A DNA stretch of 64,000 nt from the human T2T-CHM13v2.0 reference genome, Homo sapiens. The notes under the pieces are model-generated. The model ran no database searches and was not told the origin of the DNA. It saw nothing but the letters and a program-made list of their open reading frames with translations. How positions within the stretch are numbered: position 1 is the stretch's first letter; every line of letters begins with the position of its first letter. The position numbers were made by a program, and so were the translations under genes. The DNA is taken from the NCBI RefSeq assembly GCF_009914755.1, contig NC_060926.1. The stretch is one strand, 5' to 3'. Shown piece by piece: positions 32,999 to 47,681 of this stretch.

Positions 32999-33290
32999 GG
33001 CCGAGCGCGGTGGCTCACACCTGTAATCCCAGCACTCTGGGAGGCCGAGGCCGATGGATCACGAGGTCAGGAGTTCAAGACCAGACTGGCCAAGATGGTG
33101 AAACCCCATCTCTACTAAAAATACAAAAATTAGCCAGGTGTGGTGGTGGGTGCCTGTAATCCTAGCTACTCGGGAGGCTGAGGCAGAGAACTGCTTGAAC
33201 CCGGGAGGCGGAGGTTGCAGTGAGCTGAGATCTCGACACTGCACTCCAGCCTGGGCGACAGAGCAAGACTCTGTCTCAAAAAAAAAAAAA
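32999..33290 (+). mobile_element. AluSg-type
   Basis: gccaagatggtg and ggcagagaa variants; TSD aagaatctta(t/c)tatt. Confidence 0.95.
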
Positions 33291-34268
33291 AAGAATCTTA
33301 CTATTCCCTCAATGCTGAACCCAAACCTTCCCCTGACCAGTCTTTTGGAGGAAGCCTACACTTCTCCTACTCTGTTCACTTGCCAAGCAGCATATGGAGC
33401 CCTAGAATATTCTTGTTTTCATATAGGTTTTATCTTACATTTCCAACTACATTATTTGTTCTGTGAGGATAAGAGCCTTGTTATATGCTCTATGTCTTAA
33501 TGAAAACATCTGATAAAACATGAGTGATCACTCTGTGCATGGCAGGCAGGCAAGGCAAGGGAGTAGGGTGGGACCAAGCACTGATCACAGAAATGCAGGT
33601 ATTCCTTCCAACCCTGGAAAAGTAGAGCGAAGCTCAGGGAAAACTACGTAAGTCCTCAGAAACATAGTCGAAGGCATGAAGTAAGCACTGAAGCAGACCA
33701 TATGGAAAATAACATCTATTTTTCAAAAGAATTTAAAATAGAGAATGCAGAAAAAAAGAAGTTTATGGCAATATGATTCTTGTGTACACCGAAGACATAA
33801 TTTGTTGACAAAGATTAAAGTCACTTAATGGTCTTAAGGCAATGAGTATACTTTATATCCAAAAAGAATAAGAATTTTAATTCCACCTTCTATTTCTACA
33901 AAAATTGTACTGGCTGATAAGTGATGGCCCCCGGTTTTCATTGCGGCTAAATGGGAATGTCTCATTTATGGGCTATTCTGAATAAATTAGCTGGGAGTTT
34001 TTTTAAGTATCAAAAATACCAAGAGGTCTAACCCATATACTAGTTAAAAAGTAGAATTTTATACATCTGCTGAATCTGAAGGCTCATGATTCTCCTATCT
34101 CACAGTATTTAACTCCTACATTTTATAAAGAATTCAATGACATCTAGAATCTTTAAATTTATAAATATCTATCATTAAATCTGGCTCAGATAATAATTGA
34201 ACCAAAGCATATAATGCCATGTCTATTCATGCCCTCACATTTCACTGATACTTTCTTCAGCTAATTAA

Positions 34269-34600
34269 TTTTATTTATCTATTTGTATTATTTTATTTTA
34301 TTTATTCATTTATTTTTTTGAGACACAGTCTTGCTCTGTCACCCAGGCTGGAGTGCAGTGGCACATTCTCGGCTCACTGCAACCTCCGCCCCCTGGGTTC
34401 AAGTGATTCTACTGCCTCAGCTTCCTGAGTAACTGGAATTACAGGCGCACACCACCATGCCCAGCTAATTTTTGTATTTTTAGTAGAGACGAGGTTTCAC
34501 CATGTTGACCAGGCTGGTTTGAACTCCTGACCTCAGGTGATACACTCGCCTCGGCCTCCCAAAGTGCTAGGATTACAGGCGTGAGCCACCGTTTCCAGCC
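34269..34600 (-). mobile_element. AluS
   Basis: Antisense Alu with (TTTA)n tail; TSD agctaattaa. Confidence 0.95.
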
Positions 34601-35744
34601 AGCTAATTAAATTTAAAAAGAAGTTTTCAAGATTAGCAAAACCTTTACAACTCATCTAACAATGTAGTCCTTTGTTCACATCTAAATGCATATGCTGCCG
34701 GTGCCAAATGATGGTGATTAACCCCTGGCTGATATTTTCTGTGAAACAAATTGGTATTTTCAAGACAATTTCCTAGTGAGAAAATGTCCACATAAACAAA
34801 ATTGCATTTTGATCAAATCCCCATGTTGGTCATCTTGGCAAAGCCCTCAAAGACCATGGCAAAACAGCCACGACTGCATCGCCTGACCTCAGCCTTTTGG
34901 GCCCTTTGGGAGCAGACTCCCCACACTCCATGGGAGAAACACCATTAGGCCATTAGGATTTCAACCTCGGATAAAGCTCTTCCTCCTGTTTCTCCCCACA
35001 AACTTTTGGCACTCAATATAATGATTGTGAGACACTAAGAAAGACAAATGATTTTTCTCTCTCTCATTTGCTAATCCCAAAGTATTACTTTATTCCCCTT
35101 TGGAACTTTTCACTGCAGAATCCTTTGTGTATAGAGAGATCTGTGTTCTTAAGCTCAAGAATCTGTTTAATAAACTATGAATTTAGAAGTCATCATCATG
35201 TTTTAGTTGCATAAGCTCAGTACTTATGGGAAACATTTCTGGAAGAAGGTAAAGGGCAATCTGTAATGGGGGCTATAAATTTCTGTTTAAATTTGCCACG
35301 AGTTATTAAATCCAGTTAAAATCATAATATGACAGTGGGAAGAAACATGAAGGTAGGCAGTTGGCCAGGCCAGGGGCTGAAGGGATATTATTGCTGGTTA
35401 TGAGAGTTTACTAAAATCATTACCATGAAAGTTCTGAGTTTTGATAGGAGACTGGGGCACAGAAACTGCAGGAAGAAAGAAGCATCTGGACAAATCAGTC
35501 CATCACCAAAAGACATGGAGATTATATTGTCGGAGACATCTTCAGAAGTCCTCTGATTTTCTAAGGAAAACTGAATTAAAAAAACGGCTTTGGGTATGAC
35601 TTCTCTTTCTTCTTCCAAAACCATCAAAAAGGGAGATATCTTGCAAGTGATTAAAAGATAGTGTTCTGTCTAGCACTATTGCAAGTAACATCCACATAGA
35701 AGTCAGAAGACCCTGCGTGAGCACTAATTCCCCTGTTACTTCCA

Positions 35745-35860
35745 CCAGAACACAAACCCAAACAGGGCAGAGCCTCTGTCCTGCTCACGCCATCATTCCC
35801 AGCACTTGGAATAATGCCCAGCACATAGGAGGTGTTCAATAAATAGTTGAAGGAGTGAAA
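35745..35860 (+). mobile_element. L2 3' end
   Basis: agggcagag...tcccagcac...tgcccagcacataggaggtgttcaataaata. Confidence 0.7.
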
Positions 35861-36540
35861 GAAAGAGCAAACTATGTGATCTGTTCAGTCTGCCACACTT
35901 CTAGCCAAACCTCACCCTAAATGCAGAGCCAGAATGGGCCATGCTGGGAAACAATACTCTATCTCCCCAGTGCCTAGGGCCAGGTAAATGACTCTGTAAG
36001 GGACTAAGTCCCAGAAGCTTCCAAACTAATTGCTACTAAGCATGGAGAGAAAGCCATAATGCCATTTTTTAGGTTCCCCTACTAACTAATCTAGGGTCAC
36101 CAGCAAGGCCTCAAACAGCATCTTGCTCCTCTTTCCGCATAACCCTAGGAACGCTTTCCAATTCCATTTCCTTTCATCCATCTGCTCCCTCCCCAGGTCT
36201 GGTTCTTATATGTCGTAGCTTGCCAGGGGGTTGGACCATATTTCTTGGAGCCTCTACTTCTTCAGGCTCCTGCTTAACAAAGGTCTGGACCTTTCGGGCC
36301 TCTGAGGATCCCTGAGTGAGTCCTACAGACCTGGCAAGCTACTCTTGGAAGTCAGGTTGAAGTCAAAACAGCTAGACTAGCAGTACCATTGACCCAAATC
36401 ACCGGCTAAATGTACTACATTATTTACTGCTCATATTGTGTGGCCATCTGCTGATAGCAGATAATCATTTTAAAAAAAGATCAAAAAAAGAAAAATGGCA
36501 CTTTATATCTTATGTTCCCCCTTCTGGCTGAAAGTGTTGT

Positions 36541-37480
36541 TAATTTTATTTATTTTATTTTTTTAGAGATGTTTTCAGACGCGTTTGAACCAGAGCAACT
36601 CCATCTTGAATAGGAGCTGCGTAAAATAAGGCCGAGACCTACTGGGCTGCATTCCCAGGAGATTAAGGCATTCTTAGTTACAGGGTAAGACAGGAGGTCG
36701 GCACAAGATACAGGTCACAAAGACCTTGCTGATAAAACAGCATGCAGTAACGAAGCCGGCTAAAACCCACCAAAACCAAGATGGAGAGGAGCGTGACCTC
36801 TGCTCGGTCTCACAGCTCATTATATGCTAATTACAATGCATTAGCGTGCTAAAAGACACACCCACCAGCACCACAACAGTTTACAGATGCCATGGCAACG
36901 TCAGGAAGTTACCCTGTATGGTCTAAAAAAAGGAGGAACCTTCAGTTCAAGGGAATTGCCCACTCCTTTCCCAGAAAACTCATGAATAATCCACCCCTTG
37001 TTCAGCATGTAATCAAGAAGTAACAATAAGTATAAGCAGCTGAGCAGCCCGTGCCACTGCTCGCCTATGGAGCAGACACTCTTTTATTCCTTTACTTTCT
37101 TAATACACTTGCTTTCACTTTATGGATTTGCTTCTAATTATTTCTTGTGCAAGATCCAAGAACGTTCTCTTGGGGTCTGCATTGTGACCCCTTTCCAATA
37201 ACAATGAGGTCTCACTTTGTTATCTAGGCTGGAATGCAGTGGCATGATCATAGCTCACTGCCACCTCAAATTCCTGGGCTCAGGGATCCTCCCACCTTAG
37301 CCTCCAGAATGGCTGGGACTACAGGCACACACCACCATACCTGCATAATTTTTAAAATTTTTTGTAGAGATGAGGTCTTGCCATCTCCAGGCTGGTCTCA
37401 AACTCCTGGTCTCAAATGATCCTCCTGCCTCAACCTCCCAAAGTGCTGGGATTACACGTGTGAGCCACCGTGCTTGTCCC
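36541..37480 (-). mobile_element. AluJ split by MER41B
   Basis: T-rich tail plus gag at 36541-36572; Alu body resumes at 37204. Confidence 0.88.
36573..37203 (+). mobile_element. MER41B (ERV1) solo LTR
   Basis: gcgtttgaaccagagcaactccatcttgaatagg...gacccctttccaataaca; about 630 bp; 4-bp flanks atgt/atga. Confidence 0.9.
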
Positions 37481-37782
37481 AGTTTTTTTTACCTTCACAC
37501 TTAAAGTGAGAGGGACTATGTGCGTGTATACACGTATACATACATACATACACATATGTACACCTACTGGGGTTCTGTAACATATTTGTGGCAAGATGTC
37601 TCAAATTCACTTATTTCTTTTGTTAAATAAATTGACTGATAGAAACCACTTTTCAAGTATTAAATTGCTCAACTGAGCAACATCATTCTTCAAATGTTAA
37701 ACTGTTAAATTGAGAGGGCTTCTTTTCCAGGCTTCACAAACATTTGATTCTATCAGATTTCAGTTAATTAAAAAAACCAAAA

Positions 37783-37905
37783 GAGCCGGGCTTGATGGCA
37801 CATTCCTATAGTCCCAGTTACTCAGGAGACTAAGGTGAGAGGATCACTTGGGGCAAGGAGTTCAAGGCTGGCCTGGGCAACTCAGCAAGACCCTGTCTCT
37901 TAAAA
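37783..37905 (+). mobile_element. FLAM Alu monomer
   Basis: About 120 bp left-arm-type monomer. Confidence 0.8.
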
Positions 37906-38027
37906 ATTTTTTTCAAAATCTTTCAAAAACCAATAGAATTACAAGAAAAAAATCCAACTAAATTACTGATGTAAAATATACTAAAAACAAAACGTGCTTC
38001 TTTCTCTGAAGCATGGAGAATATCTAA

Positions 38028-38377
<350 letters not shown>

Positions 38378-39077
38378 TTAAAGCAAATTATTAAAGGGAA
38401 ATTTTCTATATAAAATCTACAACACAGGGTGGAGAAATCACTATTACTCCCAGGTAGGGAATTTATCAAGCACATCCTAATAATTAAAAACATTTAAAGG
38501 CCACATACAAATAAAAACTACTTAAAATGAAATATGTCCAATATTTTCCATCCCACACCCTTTGTTTGGGTCATTTTCTTTGGCTGGAATGAGTTTTCCC
38601 TCATCTTTGCCATCCTTTCATGAGCCTGGCCACCATGGCAGGTCCACAGCCTGACTCACTCAACTGCTACCGTGGGTCTCGTCTCCAATAAGAGACCATG
38701 AAAAACCCAAGGCCAGTTTCATTCTTCAAAATTTCCAGAGCACTTTGCACCCAAAAAGTTAACAATAATAAAAGTGTGCTAAACTGAATTGAAGCAGGGG
38801 AAAGAGAAGATGGGGAAGAGACGGTGGGGGGTTGGTGGGGCGGAGGAGAGAGATTTAGTGGAGAGAAAGGAGGATGTGAAGCAAGGGCATGAGATGATAT
38901 TGGTCTGGCTTACAATTTCAAGCCAGAAAAAAAATGATTGCCACCACATAACTATGCCTAGCACATACAACTACATAAATACATGTACATATGTATGGAT
39001 ATGGAGAGGCATCATTGGCCAATTTTTTTTCAGTGCTTTCACATGCAGATATGCTTTTAAAGATAAGGACTGGGAAT

Positions 39078-39490
39078 ATACCAGTGTTTACAGCAGCGTT
39101 AGTCACAGTAGCCAAAAGGTAGAAACAGTCCAAGTGTCCATCAACAGAGGAGTAGCTAAAGACAATGTGGTATATACATACAACAGAATATTATCTAGCC
39201 TTAAAAAGGAAGGAAATCCTGTCTCATGCTATGACATGGATGAACCTTGAGGATATCATGCTACGTGAAATAAGCAGTCACAAAAGGACAAATATTGTGT
39301 GATTCCATTTATATGAGCTACCTACAGTAGTCAAATTTATGGAGACAGAAAGTAGAAGAGTGGTCACCAGGAGCTGGGAGGAGGAGCAAAAATTCTGCAT
39401 CTAATGTACTTAGTGCCATTGAATGTATACTTAAAAATGGTGAAAATGGTAAATGTTATGGATATTTTACCACATTTTAAAAAAAAAAGA
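39078..39490 (+). mobile_element. L1MB-type 3' fragment
   Basis: cagcagcgttagtcacagtagccaaaagg...acatggatgaaccttgagga...cttaaaaatggtgaaaatggtaaat. Confidence 0.85.
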
Positions 39491-40820
39491 CAAGGAATGA
39501 AAAGGTGGATCAAAGTACACCCTCAAAGTCTTATAAGTAGCCTCTTCTCCCTCTCCCTCACGCAACCTCCAAGAGCACAGACTGGAATTCCCAGTCCTAC
39601 AGTTCCAAGAGAGTTCAGACGGTACCTTAGGCATAGCTGTGCATCCCGCAGCTCTAAATACAGTGACTCGCAGCTAGCAGGGATTCATTAAACATTTGCA
39701 GATTCAATGAAAAGGAAAAAAACACAAGTAATGAACAGTTGGAAAGATTTTTTTAGAACATAGCTTGAAATAGAGGGGATGAAAAGTTCTGATAAATGAG
39801 CTAGAATGTAGGCAGATTGGAAATCAACAAGTCTTGGTCCTTAGAGTAACTGAGAATCAATGGAAGGATGGAAAACTTTTTCTTTAATAACAACCTCTAT
39901 TATAATAAGAGAAAAATAAATTGATCATATAGAAATAAAATCAACATTAGTTAGCTTTTTAGATAAACAAGAACAAAAATGAGTTATTAAGAAGGAAGTG
40001 GCAATTATTTTACCTGGAAACTCTGATTATATAACAGTATATTTTTATATCATATGGATTGTCCATTCAGGGGAGGCTAGAATGGCCCAGAACACGTAGC
40101 ACCCCTTTTCTATATGTGAGCACAGGCAGAAACATCACCAAAATTCCTTCCTGGAAAAAGACAGCTTATTAGAAACACAAATGCACACTGTGGCTCAGGA
40201 AGGTAAAAAGAGGTTAAATTACAAAAATGTGAAAGCAGCACCTTTGGCCTAGAGCAATTTTACAGAACAATCACTAAGATGATAATCTCTCTATAATTTC
40301 TTGCCTACAGCTATGGCTGGTTTCAACTTGACTGCTGCAAACAGGAGAATCTATTTTGCCTTTTATAAAATCTGTCTCTCCTCCTTCCATCTCACCCTCA
40401 TTTCCTTTCTGGTTTAATTCTCCACCGTGACTACTCACAGAGTTCTATCTATTCAGCACTACACTTTGACCACTGGAAGTCCACACCTAAGACAGTCCTT
40501 ATTTCTGCCCTTTTAAGATGTCGCCCTAAGCAGAGGAGAAGCAGGTAAGCTCTGCCTGTTGAGCTGTAGCCAGGGGAAAGGAGATGAGAATTCTGCCTGG
40601 TTTTCAGCAAACCTTGACTTTTTAAATTAATTAACCCTGAAATTCATCACAGGGTTATCATCACAGGCAGCTTGTCCAAGCTCAAGTATCTGCACTGAAC
40701 TGTCTCCAGGCGCTACCACCCAGTTAGGAAAAAGGGTCTCTGACTATCCTGGGCTATGAGCACTGAACTTCTGCTAAAAAAAGATTCAGGCAAAGTGAAA
40801 TTTCTTCACCTCAACATTAT

Positions 40821-41953
40821 TGAGATGGAGTAGGGATCCCTCTTAGGGGCCTCCCCAGCTTCCTCTCAGCCTGAAAATAAAGAAAAATTTGAGTCCCTTC
40901 AAGGGAAATTCTGGGTACCTAGCTAGCCATGCAGCCAGCAACTAAGGAAATGAATAAATAACCTGCTAAGCAAGAAGGTAAAAATAGCGTAACAATAGTC
41001 ACCCAAGTACATTAGACTCACGAGATGCTTGGTTCCCTATAGAAACTACAAATAACATCTTGACATATGTCCCTGAGTCGTTTTTCAGAAACCCAAACCC
41101 TTACCAGATGGAAAATGTCAACCGCTGTCACACAGACCTCAAATAAGGGGGAAATGAAGACTGAACCCTGAGGACAGTTCTTTGTTGTCAATTTCTTCCT
41201 GAGGGGCCTAGAGAGAGTTATGCCCACAGGCCAAACCCTGACATTCCTTCCTGCTGACCCCAAGTTTTCAGATGAATTCTTACTTCCTTAACCAATTGCA
41301 AATCAAAAAATCTTTGAATCCACATACGACCTGTAACCTTCACTTCAAGATATCCCATCTTTTTGGGCCAAACCAGTGTATAATACCCATGTATTGATTT
41401 ACGATTATGCTTGTAACTTCTGCTTTCTTGAAATGAACCCCTGCCTTTAAAACTAAAACCCCTCAGTTGTAGCCAGGCACGGTGGCTCACGCCTGTAATC
41501 CCAGCACTTTGAGAGGCCAAGGAAGTCTGATCACTTGAGGTCAGGAGTTTGAGACCAGTGTGACCAACACAGTAAATTAAAACCCTATCTCTACTAAAAA
41601 TACAAAAATTAGCTGGGCATGGTGGCAGGCACCTGTAATCTCAGCTACTCAGGAGTCTGAGGCAGGTGAATTGCTTGAACCTGGGAAGTGGAGGTTGCAG
41701 TGAGCTGAGATTGAGCCACTCCACTCCAGCCTGGGTGACAAGGCAAGACCCTGTTTCAAAAACAAAACAAAACAAAACAAAACATCTCTTGCTTGTAAGC
41801 TATTGGAGAGTTCAGGTCTTAAGCATTCGCTGCTCAATTCTCTGTTTGGCACCCTGCCACAAACGCCTAACTTTCTCTCCCTGCAAATCCTAGTATCAGT
41901 GTTTGGATTTTTGTGCATGCTGGGTGAGAGGACTCAAGTTCAGTTGGGTAACA
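40821..41953 (+). mobile_element. MER39-like ERV1 solo LTR split by an Alu
   Basis: tgagatggagtagggatccctcttagggg...cttcaagggaaatt...ggttccctatagaaact...ggtaaca. Confidence 0.8.
41471..41778 (+). mobile_element. AluS in MER39
   Basis: Full Alu with (CAAAA)n tail. Confidence 0.95.
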
Positions 41954-42985
41954 CTGCTGACATCGTGGACCAGATGACTCTTTGTTATGGTGGGCTGTCT
42001 GTGCATTGGAGAATGTCTGACAGCATCCCTGGTCTCTACTCACTAGATGTACTACTCACTAGCACCCCCTAGATGCAACAACAAAAAATGCCTCTAGACA
42101 TTACCAAAAGTTCCCTGGGGGGCAAAATCACCCCAGCTGAGAACCCGTGGGTTAAAGTGAGATTCCACCCTGCTGCCCACTACCATCAGAAACTTCTATC
42201 TGAATGCTCTTCACCCATCCCCACCTGCGCTATTCCAGATAACATGTGTTACATCCAGAAGGGGCCATCAGCAGACGGCCAGGCAGAATCCAAGGGAGAA
42301 AGAGAATCTGTCCAATAGGAAACCAACTGGCCTCCACTTCATCCCCACACTAAAAGGGAGAGAATAAAAAGTACCTGCAACACTTGTCTCCTGACGAGAG
42401 AAGTTGGCAGAGCTAGCACTTTGTTGGCCACCTTCTCTCCCACCTTCTTCTTTGCCAATAAGGATTTACCCAGGATGTGAGCAGGAGAGACAGCTCTCTA
42501 CAGAGAGAAGCGTGTCCCTCAGGACCTGGCCTGCACCCATGGGATGGAAACTCTGCCCTCTAGTCCAGCCTTGCAGTCCACTGGTTATAGGACCTTGGGC
42601 AAATCATTTAATTTTGCTGGATTTCTTTTTCTTCAGCTGTAAAGTGAAAGAGCCAAATCTTAGCCCTTCTCTGAGGTTGCTTCTAGATCTAAAGTACTAC
42701 TATTTTAGGGACCAACTGTTGGGGAGGGTAAAAGAAAGAAGAGAGCAGATGGAGGCAGAAGAACCAAAGAAAGCACTGGAATACTCTCAGGTGACTGTAT
42801 GGTGTGCACAAGAGAGGGCATGAGCTAGGTTTTTAAGAGAAATATGCAAGCTCCAGGCCATTGGTAACAATCAATTGCAATTTCTAGGATAAAGAAGGAA
42901 GAATTCATAAGCGGTAGCCTTGTATGTTTTTCAGCACTCCCTATATCTTTACCCATCATAACTTGTTTTCCTGTTCATACCTTGA

Positions 42986-43306
<321 letters not shown>

Positions 43307-44424
43307 TGCATTCTCTTTCCCTCTCGTTTCACAACCGTATTTCTCCTTCTCATTCTTTTTTCAGATCCCTTTATTTCTTCTCATTCATTATAATGATTAT
43401 TTTTCTGTGGCTCTCTTGCTCACTCTCTCTCTTTCCTTCTTTCCTTTTTTTCTTCTCCCTTCCTCATTTTCTCTCTCTCCCTGACCTTCTTCACCATAAG
43501 AAGGAAGTAGGTCACCAGCCACAGCCCTAGATTCTGTCTCCCTATAATATCCGAATCTACAGAAAGAAAGAAAGGCTGTGTTCTAAAGCATGAATCTTCC
43601 ACATGGAGCAGCAAGGGCTTACACAGGTGCCCAGGCGACAAGCTAACTTCCTCTTTTAGGCTATGAATTGATAAACCAATAAAAGAAACCATTTTATTCC
43701 TTTTAGAGCGTTCAAGTTAAGACCATGTTGGTTTGACTGGTGACTGTCATTAACCTACAGTGAGGAACTTCTACTGAGGGCCAAATGTGTCGACTTGTCT
43801 GCAAGGCAACTGCATCTCAACCAACCAGACCACAGTATGGAGATGGGACACCCAAATGTTTTAATCTGGTCTGCAGAATCCCAGCATGGGTCAGTCTGCT
43901 GAGTGGATGTATCTTGGCCAAGCTGGCATTTGGCATGTTGGGTGAAAGCCCCAGGTTTTTTGTGAAATACCATTATCACAGCTGCCCTGGACAGATGACT
44001 TTCCAAAGTGACATAGTGTGCTGGGCCCGCTGCCTGTCACGTAAAGACGAGGAAAGAAAGTTTCCGGGTTCTCCCACACACAATTCAGCCCTCACTTTGC
44101 CTTCCATCCTTTTGGCACACTGGCTGGTCAGAAATGTGATCATCTGCTATTGATGAAGCGGACACAACCTCTAAAAGAGAGCTCTTTGGAATGCTGGACA
44201 TAAGAGGAGAGAAAATCACCCACTAGATTTACTCTAAATGAGCCACATCAAATGCAACATGAACAAGAACCTCTAATCAGTTGCAATCAAATGAAAAGAG
44301 ACTTCCTGGAGAGTAACAGCCAGATGGAAAGTTAAAGTCGTTCAGACCATTAACATTCCACTAATGCTCACTGCTTTTTTAACAAGCAAATGGAGCCAGG
44401 TTTGGTAGAGGAAAGGAAAATGCA

Positions 44425-44923
<499 letters not shown>

Positions 44924-45261
44924 CACATCCACTTTTTCTAAAACACCACCACCAACCACAGAAAAAAACCCTCAAAAACCACATACAATGACCTAATGGA
45001 GAGACAGGTGACTGGTGAAGAAATTTACCCAGGGAGGTCCTTTTCCTTGACCGCCCCCCATCCCTACCCAGCGGCCCAGCTTTCCCTTTGGCTTTTTACT
45101 ATCAACTTTTTTTTTGAACAGTATTATTGAAATATAATTCACATACCATTCAATTCACCCATTTAAAGTGCATAATCAACAGTTTAGTATATTCAGAGTT
45201 GTGCTGCAACTATCACCACAACCAGTTTTAGATTATTTTAATTACCCCAAAGAGAAATACT

Positions 45262-45635
45262 TGGTATGGACTGAATATGTCCCCACAAAATACATATGTT
45301 AAGCCCTAATCTCCAGTGTGATGGCATTTGGAGATGGAGCGCTCAGGAGGTGATCAGATCATGAGGGTGAAGCCCTCCTGATGGGGTTAGCGTCCTTCTA
45401 AGAAGAGACAGGAGAGGGCTTGCTTCCTCTCTCTCTGCTCTCAGCCATGTGAGGATGTGAAAGTACAAGAAGAAGACAGTTGTCTGCAAACTGAAAGAGG
45501 GCTTTCAACAAGAACCCAAACATGCTGGTACCAGTATCATGGACTTTCAGCCTCCAGAACTTTGAAAAGTAACTTTCTGTTGTTTAAGCCACCCATCTAT
45601 GGTAATTTGTCATGGCAGCCACAGCAAACTAAACA
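45262..45635 (+). mobile_element. MLT1A-like solo LTR
   Basis: tggtatggactgaa...gactttcagcctccagaact...ctgttgtttaagccaccc...actaaaca. Confidence 0.85.
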
Positions 45636-45905
45636 ACTCTGTTCCCTTTACCAGTCACTCCCCAATCCCTCCACTCCCCCGACCTTGGCAATCACTAACC
45701 GTTCTGTCTCTCTAAATGTGCCTATACTGGACTTTTCCTATAAATGGTAACATAAAATATGTAGTTTTTGTAGTTTATGTAGCATTAAAGTACATATAAT
45801 ATGTAGTTTTTCATAATATGAAGCCCTCTTGTATCTGGCTTCTTTCAGACATAGTGTTAGCATAATATTTTCAAGGTTCACACATATTGTAGCACATCAT
45901 CAGTA

Positions 45906-46496
45906 CAGCTGCTCCTCCGCTTATGGCGGGGTTACATCCCATTGAAAATACCATAAATTGAAATTGCATTTAACACATCCAGCCTACTGAACATCATAGC
46001 TTAGTCTAGCCTACCTTAAGTGTGCTCAGAATACATATGTTAGCCTACAGGTGGGCAAAATCATTTTAACACGAAGCCTATTTTATAATAAAGTATTGAA
46101 TGTCTCATGTAATTCATTGAATACTGTACTAAAAGTGAAAATCAGATTATTCACATTATCTCTTTTTGTTTTTTGAGACAGAGTCTCACTCTGTCGCCTA
46201 GGCTGGAGTACAGTGGCGTGATCTCGGCTCACTGTAACCTCCACCTCCCGGGTTCAAAGCAATTCTCATGCCACAGCCTAAGTAGCTGGGACTACAGGCA
46301 CACCATTCCTGACTAATTTTCGTATTCTAAGTAGAGACAGGGTTTTGCCACGTTGGCCAGGCTGGTCTTGAACTCCTGACCTCAGGTGATCCGCCCGCCT
46401 CGGCCTTCCACAGTGCTGGGATTACATGCATGAGCCACCACACCTGGCTGTTCACATCATCTTAAAGTTAAACCATCTTAAGTCAAGGACCCTCTG
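45906..46496 (+). mobile_element. MER47A (Tigger family) split by an Alu
   Basis: TA-flanked cagctgctcctc...ggaccctctg; aacatcatagcttagtctagcctaccttaa. Confidence 0.85.
46162..46449 (-). mobile_element. Alu (J/S) in MER47A
   Basis: TSD ttcacat(t/c)atct. Confidence 0.93.
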
Positions 46497-46553
46497 TACT
46501 TCATTCCTTGTTATTGCCAAATAATATTCTATTGTATAGAAATACCATATGTG

Positions 46554-46902
<349 letters not shown>

Positions 46903-47378
46903 CTAATTCCTGGCACATAGTTCCTAAAGCCCTTGGAATCTCTAGAACTCTGGAACTATAGTTTTGAATATAAAAAAGATATTCAAAAGTGAATATCTGA
47001 TGGCTGAGAACCCCTAGGTAGCTTCAAGAAGGGGGCTGGTCAGGAAAGACCAGGACATGTCTAGAGGCCTGTAACTTTCAACCTCACCCTCAACCTCTGG
47101 GAAGGGAGCGGGAGCTGTAAGTTGAGTTGATCACTAATGGACAGTGATGTAGTCAATCATACCTACTTAATGAAGCTCCATAAAAAACCAAAGGGCAGGG
47201 TTTGGAGAGCTTGTGGATTGCTGAGTTTGTGCCTAGAGGGTGACACGCCTGGAGAGGGCATGGAAGCCCCATGTTCCCCACCCATCCAACTAGCTGTTCG
47301 ATTGTATCCTTAAAATATTCTTTATAATTAACCAGTAAATGTAAGTGTTTCCCTGGGTTCTGTGATCTGCTCTAGGAA

Positions 47379-47681
47379 TTTTTTTTTTTTTTTTTTTTGA
47401 AACAAGGTCTTGCTCTGCCACCCAGGCTAGAGTGCAGTGGTGTGATCACAGCTCACTGCAGCCTCGACCTCCTGAGCTCAAGAGATCCTCCCACCTGAAC
47501 CTCCAGACTAGGTGGCACTACAGGCACATGCTACCATGCTCAGCTAATTTTTCAATTTTTTGTAGAGATAGAGTCTCACTATGTTGCCCAGGCCTGTCTC
47601 CAACTCCTGGGCTCAAGCAATCCTCCTGCCTCACCCTCCCAAAAGTGCTGGGATTACAGGCATGAGCCATCACACCTGGCC
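47379..47681 (-). mobile_element. AluJ in MER21
   Basis: Antisense J-type Alu; TSD ctgctc(t/c)ag. Confidence 0.92.

Larger units (their letters stand above)
40797..42149 (-). mobile_element. MER20 (hAT-Charlie) split by MER39
   Basis: Small piece 40797-40820 and main piece 41954-42149 (ccctggggggcaaaatcaccccagctgagaacc). Confidence 0.8.

Noticed and set aside
37505-37565. Alternating purine-pyrimidine tract with the palindrome cgtgtatacacg
   Set aside because: Ordinary degenerate (CATA)/(TG) microsatellite
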